The position numbers and the translations under genes were made by a program. This document shows, in pieces, positions 56,327-64,000 of a stretch of 64,000 nt of DNA; within the stretch, counting starts at the first letter, position 1, and each line of letters opens with the position of its first letter. This DNA comes from Escherichia phage vB_EcoM-E33. The stretch lies in the sequence record OL780484.1; one strand, written 5' to 3'. Below the pieces are notes generated by a model. It searched no databases. It was not told the DNA's origin and worked only from the letters and a program-made list of their open reading frames with translations.

Positions 56327-58582
56327 ATGCAAGTACAAAAAAGTAGTGGTGTATCCCAAGATTTTGACGCACAAAAAATTATTAAAGTTCTGACTTGGGG
56401 CTGTGAAGGAACCCAAATCGACCCCTATGAATTATACGAAGAAATCAAATCCCATCTTCGTGACGGTATGACTACCAAAGATATCCAAAATCTGACTGTT
56501 AAGGTAGCAGCCAACCTTATCTCGGTTGAAGAGCCTGATTACCAATATGTTGCTGCAAAAGAATTGATGTTTGCACTGCGTAAAGAAGTTTATGGGCAGT
56601 TCGAACCACGTAGCTTTATCGACCATATTTCCTATTGTGTTAACGAAGGTAAATATGACCCTGAATTGTTGTCTCGATATTCTGCAGAAGAAATTACTTT
56701 CTTAGAATCTCATATAAAGCATGAACGCGATTTCGAATTGACTTATGCTGGTGCGATGCAGCTTAAAGAGAAATATCTGGTTAAAGATAAAACAACCGGT
56801 AAAATCTACGAAACCCCTCAGTTCGCTATCATGTGTATTGGTATGGCCTTACACCAAGACGAGCCGGGTAATCGTTTAGCACATATTATTCGTTTTTATG
56901 ATGCTGTAAGTACCCGTCAGGTTTCATTACCAACTCCTATTATGGCTGGAGCACGTACACCAACCCGTCAATTTAGTTCTTGTGTGGTTATTGAAGCAGG
57001 CGACTCACTGAAATCTATTAACAAAACTGCTAACTCAATAATTGAATACATTTCTAAACGTGCCGGTATTGGTATCAACGTTGGTATGATTCGTGCTGAA
57101 GGTTCTCGTATTGGCATGGGCGAAGTCAAGCATACCGGTGTTATTCCATTCTGGAAACATTTCCAGACTGCTGTTAAATCATGTTCACAAGGTGGAATCC
57201 GTGGCGGCGCTGCTACTGCTTATTATCCTATTTGGCATTTGGAAGTTGAAAATCTGCTCGTTCTGAAAAACAACAAGGGTGTCGATGAGAACCGTATTCG
57301 TCATATGGACTATGGAATCCAGTTGAACGACCTGATGATGGAACGTTTCGGTAAGAATGATTACATTACTCTGTTTAGTCCTCATGAAATGGGTGGTGAG
57401 CTTTACTATTCTTATTTCGAAGACCAAGACCGTTTCCGTGAATTGTATGAAGCCGCAGAAAAAGACCCTAGTATTCGTAAGAAACGTATTAAGGCACGTG
57501 ACCTCTTTGAATTGTTCATGACTGAACGTTCAGGCACTGCACGAATTTATCCTCAATTCGTTGATAACACTAACAACTTCACACCATTTATTCGTGAGAA
57601 AGCTCCTATTCGCCAGAGCAACTTGTGTTGTGAAATTGCTATCCCGACTACTGACGTGAATAGTCCTGACGCTGAAATTGGTTTGTGTACGTTGTCTGCA
57701 TTCGTATTGGATAACTTCGATTGGCAGGACCAAGACAAAATCAACGAGCTGGCTGAAGTACAAGTACGTGCACTTGATAACCTGTTGGACTATCAAGATT
57801 ATCCTGTTCCTGAAGCTCTGAAGGCTAAGAAACGTCGTAACCTGGGTGTTGGTGTTACGAACTACGCCGCTTGGTTAGCAAGCAACTTTGCTTCTTATGA
57901 AGACGCTAACGATTTAACTCATGAATTGTTTGAGAGATTACAATATGGACTTATCCGAGCATCCATCAAGCTGGCCGAAGAAAAAGGACATTGCGAGTAT
58001 TATTCAGACACTAAATGGTCTCGAGGCGAATTACCTATCGACTGGTACAATAAAAAGATTGACCAAATCGCAGCCCCTAACTATGTTTGTGACTGGACGT
58101 CGTTGCGGGAAGACTTGGCTAAACATGGCATCCGTAATAGCACATTATCAGCACTTATGCCGTGTGAATCAAGCAGCCAGGTTTCCAACTCTACAAACGG
58201 TATCGAACCTCCACGTGGTCCGGTAAGTATTAAAGAATCTAAAGAAGGTAACTTCCGTCAGGTAGTTCCTAATGTAGAACATAACCAAGGACTCTACGAT
58301 TACGCTTGGACCCTTGCTAAGAAAGGTAATAAACCTTATCTTACCCAAGTGGCAATAGCGTTGAAATGGGTGTGTCAATCAGCATCAGCGAATACATATT
58401 ACGACCCACAGATTTTCCCAAAAGGAAAAGTTCCGATGTCGGTAATGCTTGATGACCTGCTGTATTTCTGGTACTACGGCGGTAAGAACCTTTACTATCA
58501 TAACACCCGTGATGGCTCTGGTACTGATGACTACGAAATCGAAACTCCTAAAGCCGACGATTGTGCAGCTTGTAAGCTTTAA
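56327..58582 (+). CDS. nrdA: Aerobic ribonucleotide reductase large subunit NrdA
   Basis: 751 aa; ATP-cone N-terminus and class I RNR catalytic region. Confidence 0.93.
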   Translation: MQVQKSSGVSQDFDAQKIIKVLTWGCEGTQIDPYELYEEIKSHLRDGMTTKDIQNLTVKVAANLISVEEPDYQYVAAKELMFALRKEVYGQFEPRSFIDHISYCVNEGKYDPELLSRYSAEEITFLESHIKHERDFELTYAGAMQLKEKYLVKDKTTGKIYETPQFAIMCIGMALHQDEPGNRLAHIIRFYDAVSTRQVSLPTPIMAGARTPTRQFSSCVVIEAGDSLKSINKTANSIIEYISKRAGIGINVGMIRAEGSRIGMGEVKHTGVIPFWKHFQTAVKSCSQGGIRGGAATAYYPIWHLEVENLLVLKNNKGVDENRIRHMDYGIQLNDLMMERFGKNDYITLFSPHEMGGELYYSYFEDQDRFRELYEAAEKDPSIRKKRIKARDLFELFMTERSGTARIYPQFVDNTNNFTPFIREKAPIRQSNLCCEIAIPTTDVNSPDAEIGLCTLSAFVLDNFDWQDQDKINELAEVQVRALDNLLDYQDYPVPEALKAKKRRNLGVGVTNYAAWLASNFASYEDANDLTHELFERLQYGLIRASIKLAEEKGHCEYYSDTKWSRGELPIDWYNKKIDQIAAPNYVCDWTSLREDLAKHGIRNSTLSALMPCESSSQVSNSTNGIEPPRGPVSIKESKEGNFRQVVPNVEHNQGLYDYAWTLAKKGNKPYLTQVAIALKWVCQSASANTYYDPQIFPKGKVPMSVMLDDLLYFWYYGGKNLYYHNTRDGSGTDDYEIETPKADDCAACKL

Positions 58583-58635
58583 TAAAATCTGATTATAATT
58601 GACTCATGGATGAGTCACTAACAAATGAGAATAAC

Positions 58636-59814
58636 ATGTCTACAGTTTTTAATACCACCCCAGTTGATGTTTTAGTCGAACCGATGTTCTTTGGTTCAGG
58701 ATTGGGTATTGCTCGTTATGATATCCAACGCCATAAAGTATTCGAAGAGCTTTGTGAGAAGCAGTTGAGTTTTTTCTGGCGTCCAGAGGAAGTTAACTTG
58801 ATGATGGATGCTGCCCAGTTTAATAAGCTTCCACAATTCCAGCAAAATATTTTTACCAATAATCTGAAGTATCAATCACTTCTGGATAGTATCCAAGGAC
58901 GTGCTCCTTCTGCTGCACTTCAAGCCTTGATTTCAGACCCTAGCCTTGATACATGGGTGGCTACATGGACCTTTAGTGAGACTATTCACTCTCGTTCATA
59001 TACCCATATCATGCGTAACCTCTATACAGACCCGTCAAAGGTATTTGATGAAATTCTGTTAGATGACGCTATTATGAAACGTGCTGAATCTATTGGTCGT
59101 TATTACGACGACGTTATTGAGAAAACTCGCTATTGGCAGAATGCTAAAGCTGATATCGAATACCAAAAAGAAATTAATGCAGACGAAGACGATATTGAAG
59201 ATGCTATTGAGCATGAGATGTATTGGAAGCGTGAGCTAATGAAATCCCTTTACCTTTGCCTTCATGTAATCAACGCATTGGAAGCTATTCGTTTTTATGT
59301 ATCTTTCGCATGCACCTTTAACTTCCATAAAAACATGGAAATCATGGAAGGTAATGCTAAGATTATGAAGTTCATTGCACGTGATGAACAGCTTCACCTT
59401 AAAGGTACTCAGTACATTATTCGTCAACTCCAACTTGGTACTGACGGTGACGAATGGGTTAAAATTGCTCAAGAGTGTGAACAAGAAGCAGTTGATATTT
59501 TCATGGAAGTTAACCGTCAAGAAAAAGAATGGGCTGCTCACCTGTTCAAAGATGGTACTTGCCCTGGATTAAATACTCAGAACATGGGTGCTTTTGTCGA
59601 TTACCTGACAGTTTCTCGTATGAAGCAATGTGGCTTACCGTGTCCTATTACTGATGCTCCTGCCCGCCATCCTTATCCTTGGATTCGCGAATACCTGAAC
59701 TCTGATGCTGTACAGGCTGCTCCTCAGGAAGTGGAAATAAGTTCTTACCTTGTAGCACAAATTGATAACGATGTCGATGAAAAAGTAATGGCATCGTACA
59801 AGAAATATTTTTAA
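58636..59814 (+). CDS. nrdB: Ribonucleotide reductase small subunit NrdB (uninterrupted, no intron)
   Basis: MSTVFNTTPVDVLVEPMFFGSGLGIARYDIQRH… matches T4 NrdB; start at ATG 58636 by homology (ORF track begins 58606). Confidence 0.9.
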   Translation: MSTVFNTTPVDVLVEPMFFGSGLGIARYDIQRHKVFEELCEKQLSFFWRPEEVNLMMDAAQFNKLPQFQQNIFTNNLKYQSLLDSIQGRAPSAALQALISDPSLDTWVATWTFSETIHSRSYTHIMRNLYTDPSKVFDEILLDDAIMKRAESIGRYYDDVIEKTRYWQNAKADIEYQKEINADEDDIEDAIEHEMYWKRELMKSLYLCLHVINALEAIRFYVSFACTFNFHKNMEIMEGNAKIMKFIARDEQLHLKGTQYIIRQLQLGTDGDEWVKIAQECEQEAVDIFMEVNRQEKEWAAHLFKDGTCPGLNTQNMGAFVDYLTVSRMKQCGLPCPITDAPARHPYPWIREYLNSDAVQAAPQEVEISSYLVAQIDNDVDEKVMASYKKYF

Positions 59815-59819
59815 GGAAT

Positions 59820-59833
59820 GGGGCTTCGGCCCC
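59820..59833 (+). other. ggggc-UUCG-gcccc hairpin between SD-like AAGGA and denA start codon
   Basis: Hairpin lies between AAGGA (59814-59818) and ATG 59842; folding would shorten the effective SD-AUG spacing. Confidence 0.4.
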
Positions 59834-59841
59834 TTATTGCT

Positions 59842-60255
59842 ATGAAAGAAATCGCAGACGAATTTAGCTTTATCAAGTACGTCACCCTAGAACTCCAAGA
59901 TGACGCCACCATAGCTCCACTCACAGTACCAAATAAACAAAATGTCATATATGCTATAGCGGTTGATGATATACTAGTCTACGTCGGGAAGACTAAAAAT
60001 CTTCGTAAGCGCATCAACTACTACCGAACCGCTATTAATCGTAAGGACCAAACGTCGGATTCGACTAAGTCCATTCTGATTCATGAAGCATTAATGGCAG
60101 GTAAAAAGGTGGAGTTCTATGCACGGCAGTGCTTTAATCTGTCGATGACTAACGAACTTGGAACTATGTCAGTTGAGACCATGTCTCTTGAAGAGCCAAT
60201 GTTCATAAAGAAATTTAATCCACCTTGGAATACCCAACATAGGATAAAGCAATGA
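59842..60255 (+). CDS. denA: Endonuclease II DenA (GIY-YIG family)
   Basis: MKEIADEFSFIKY…VIYAIAVDDILVYVGKTKNLRKRINYYRTAINRK… matches T4 EndoII; GIY…YIG-like motif. Confidence 0.85.
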   Translation: MKEIADEFSFIKYVTLELQDDATIAPLTVPNKQNVIYAIAVDDILVYVGKTKNLRKRINYYRTAINRKDQTSDSTKSILIHEALMAGKKVEFYARQCFNLSMTNELGTMSVETMSLEEPMFIKKFNPPWNTQHRIKQ

Positions 60256-61400
60256 TTGAATTATATGATAACTTGATGGCCCTGGTTAAAAACTCGACTA
60301 AATCTAAGTTCTTCTTTAAAGACTTTCAGAGTGCTCTAGGAGTCAACTATCGCATCTTTAGTTATAACTACGCATCATACAGTGATTGGTTGGAAGACGG
60401 CGCACTAGAGTGCCGAGGCATTATGTTTGAAATGGACGAGAAAGGTCCTGTACGTATTGCCGCTCGTCCTATGCAAAAGTTCTTTAACCTCGACGAAAAC
60501 CCTATGACTATCGGTCTGGATTTGTCGCCAGAAAATATCGACCTCGTAATGGCTAAGGAAGATGGTTCTCTGATTTCTACATTCATGGACCGACAGTATC
60601 TTTCTGTTAAATCTAAAGGCTCTATCCATTCATCAATGGTGCATGATTCTTTACGGTTCCTTCGTCTCCCTGAGAACGAGGCTTTTGCCGCACGTCTAGA
60701 AGAAATCACCAAAGCTGGGTATACCTGCAACCTTGAATATGTTGCACCTACCAACCGTATCGTGCTGGCTTACCAAGAAACAAATCTCATCCTGTTGAAC
60801 GTTCGTAATAATGAAACCGGTGAATATATTCCATATGCGGAATTGTTTAAGGACGGCGCACTGCGTAAGCATTTGGTTGAAAGCTATGAGCTCGCTGAGG
60901 GCGATTTCGTAGAAAACATCCGTAAGCAGGAAGGCATTGAAGGTTTCATCTTTGTACTGAAAGATGGTACGTTCTTTAAACTCAAAACCGCCTGGTACAG
61001 TGCACTGCATCATACCAAAGATTCCATTAACAACAACGAACGTTTGTTTGAAGTTGTAGTGGCTGGTGGAACTGATGACCTTCGTGGTCTGTTCAGTACA
61101 GATTCCTTTGCTATCGAGAAAATCGATGCCTTTGAACGCATCCATTTAGATTACCTAGAACAATCATTAGCCTTGTTAGAAGCAGCTTACTCTCAACTCA
61201 AAGGTCGCGACCGTAAAGACTATGCCGTTACTGGACAGCTAATCCTTAAGGACTTCCCAGGGTTGTTCTCTATTCTTATGCAGGCGTACGTAGGCGGTAT
61301 TAATTATGATACGGTCATGGACCAGATTAACTCTGTGTTCTTGAAAAATCATAAGGCCCAAATCCCTGAAAAATATTTGAAAGAAATTGTGGTAGAGTAG
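60252..61400 (+). CDS. 63: RNA ligase 1 / tail fiber attachment protein gp63
   Basis: 382 aa; …YRIFSYNYASYSDWL…ALECRGIMFEMDE…LTKEDGSL… matches T4 Rnl1 incl. ligase motif I K-x-D-G. Confidence 0.93.
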   Translation: MIELYDNLMALVKNSTKSKFFFKDFQSALGVNYRIFSYNYASYSDWLEDGALECRGIMFEMDEKGPVRIAARPMQKFFNLDENPMTIGLDLSPENIDLVMAKEDGSLISTFMDRQYLSVKSKGSIHSSMVHDSLRFLRLPENEAFAARLEEITKAGYTCNLEYVAPTNRIVLAYQETNLILLNVRNNETGEYIPYAELFKDGALRKHLVESYELAEGDFVENIRKQEGIEGFIFVLKDGTFFKLKTAWYSALHHTKDSINNNERLFEVVVAGGTDDLRGLFSTDSFAIEKIDAFERIHLDYLEQSLALLEAAYSQLKGRDRKDYAVTGQLILKDFPGLFSILMQAYVGGINYDTVMDQINSVFLKNHKAQIPEKYLKEIVVE

Positions 61401-61458
61401 TTTACATCTCCTCATGACGTGTTAGTATAGACTTACCAACTAATGAGGAGAAAACAAA

Positions 61459-61959
61459 ATGAATATGCAAATGATTACTAACGAAATGGTTGTTAAGGCT
61501 TTTGGTGACTCTACTGACGGCATCCAAGTTTTTAAAGGTTCTCGTGCAGTAGGTTACCTGACCGATCTTCGTGTCACTTTAGCTAAAAATGCTAAAAAGA
61601 AAATCAAGCAAAAAGAATACTCTACCCGTTATGCAGAAGAAAAGCGTGAAGCAATGCCTCAAGCTGTTAACTCTATGGTCGAGTTTCTCCAAAACAACCT
61701 TTCCAAATACGATGCCGAGGTGTTTATTAATATTAGCCAACCTAATGTTAAAATCTCAGGCATCACGTTCTATTTGATTTGCGACCCATTAAGCGACAAG
61801 TTTAATCGCCTTGGCATTTCAAGTCCTTACCATACCGCTGAAGAATTGTGTTTTATGTTCGAAACGTACAAAATTCAGTGTGAAAATCCTAAAACAGTTC
61901 TTATTAATTCCCTGTCACGTGATGACATCATCGAGATTATTACCAAATGTCTAAATTAA
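61459..61959 (+). CDS. alc: Alc-like host transcription shutoff protein
   Basis: 166 aa (T4 Alc 167 aa); position between 63 and spanins as in T4; sequence not independently recognised. Confidence 0.55.
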   Translation: MNMQMITNEMVVKAFGDSTDGIQVFKGSRAVGYLTDLRVTLAKNAKKKIKQKEYSTRYAEEKREAMPQAVNSMVEFLQNNLSKYDAEVFINISQPNVKISGITFYLICDPLSDKFNRLGISSPYHTAEELCFMFETYKIQCENPKTVLINSLSRDDIIEIITKCLN

Positions 61960-62300
61960 GTATTTACCTTTTAGCTGGAGCCATTGCAGTAGGTGCTTAC
62001 GGTTTTATTTCGTATCAATCAAGTCGTATTGATACCCTTACTGAAGAACTGAAAACTACCCAGCAAACGGCCAAACAGAATGCCGAAGCCGTAGAGGACC
62101 TACGTGGCCAATACTCGGATATTGAATTCCGTACTACTGAAATGAATGCCCGAATGGATAAAATTAAGGTAGAAAATGAAAAGCTCCGTAAAGATTCGAA
62201 GAAGGCGCACGTGGTGGCAAGTAAGCCAGGATTGGTCGAAAAACAAATCAACAAGTCCTTCGATTCCTTTACAGAAGACTTCAGGAGCATTACAGAATGA
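61947..62300 (+). CDS. i-spanin (Rz-like; T4 PseT.3 equivalent)
   Basis: N-terminal TM segment (IYLLAGAIAVGAYGFISY) followed by coiled-coil periplasmic domain. Confidence 0.7.
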   Translation: MSKLSIYLLAGAIAVGAYGFISYQSSRIDTLTEELKTTQQTAKQNAEAVEDLRGQYSDIEFRTTEMNARMDKIKVENEKLRKDSKKAHVVASKPGLVEKQINKSFDSFTEDFRSITE

Positions 62301-62587
62301 TTAAATTATCTGTGGTAGTATTATCTATTGGCTTGTTAGTTGGATGTGCCCAGGACATCCCTGTAGTGCCTAAGCAACAACTACATCCTTCATGGCCACA
62401 ACCTATTGCCAAACATAATGTTAAATGGCAGGTTAAGGTAATCGATGGTAAAGCTTGGGTTGGAATGCCATTTGAAGATTCCCAAGAACATCGTATTTGG
62501 TTGAATGACGTAAAAAGATATGTACAAGACCAGAAATCTATGTTATGTTATTATCGTTCTGGACTAAAAGAGGGGAAGTGCAAATGA
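62297..62587 (+). CDS. o-spanin lipoprotein (Rz1-like; T4 PseT.2 equivalent)
   Basis: Lipobox LLVGC, Pro-rich mature region, C-terminal Cys; start overlaps i-spanin stop. Confidence 0.7.
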   Translation: MIKLSVVVLSIGLLVGCAQDIPVVPKQQLHPSWPQPIAKHNVKWQVKVIDGKAWVGMPFEDSQEHRIWLNDVKRYVQDQKSMLCYYRSGLKEGKCK

Positions 62588-62754
62588 TTGAGACATGCGT
62601 TTGCGGTTGGGATGCCGTTAGATTTGGCGCTGCATTCTTTTGTTTTGGGATTGTGTTCAGCATGTGTATGCATGGTCTTTTCGGAAAGTAGTTTACAAAC
62701 TCTTGGGAGCAGAGTATAATGCTCCTACGGATTATAAAAATTGAGGAAATTATT

Positions 62755-63958
<1,204 letters not shown>

Positions 63959-63959
<1 letters not shown>

Positions 63960-64000
63960 TGAATAATATCGAAAAGATTTTTCGTACAATCGAAGAAATT
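63959..64000 (+). CDS. 5' end of hypothetical gene (truncated by window end)
   Basis: ATG overlapping pseT stop, open to window end. Confidence 0.3.

Noticed and set aside
60368-61145. Minus-strand ORFs within gene 63 (60368..60754, 60405..60629, 60696..61145) and within gene 39 (25896..26942)
   Set aside because: Embedded antisense in strongly supported core genes; no translation signals.

Overview
This window is a ~64 kb segment of a T4-like (Tevenvirinae-type) myovirus genome. Gene calls rest on reading the supplied translations against remembered T4/RB69 proteins and on synteny; no database search was run. By eye the DNA polymerase is closer to RB69-type than to T4. The + strand carries early/middle genes in T4 order: regA (3' part), 43, imm, 42, uvsX, 40, 41, 61, 56, soc, modB/modA-like, dda, dexA, 39 (605-aa, 39+60 contiguous), rIIA, rIIB, 52, motA, asiA. 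A convergent late block lies on the - strand: 34, 35, 36, 37, 38 (Gly-rich adhesin type), t. The + strand then resumes with rnh, dsbA, 33, 59, 32, frd, td, nrdA, nrdB, denA, 63, alc, spanins, pseT. Recurrent signals are ~20 extended early promoters (GTTTAC, 17 nt, TACTAT/TATAAT, then a conserved CTATCAACT leader), TATAAATA late promoters, and many cUUCGg-tetraloop hairpins. The most interesting candidate system is a translationally coupled cassette around gene 42 (4288-8438): a sugar-1-P nucleotidyltransferase/APH-like kinase fusion, a small HAD phosphatase, a dTMP-kinase-like P-loop protein, dCMP hydroxymethylase, and an unrelated 297-aa protein where T4 has beta-glucosyltransferase. This looks like a self-contained pathway for a non-glucose hmC sugar hypermodification. 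Other accessory loci include a ~2 kb island between genes 41 and 61, an antisense late-promoter-driven small membrane protein beside an HNH homing endonuclease, tandem paralog pairs, and an intronless td/nrdB region.
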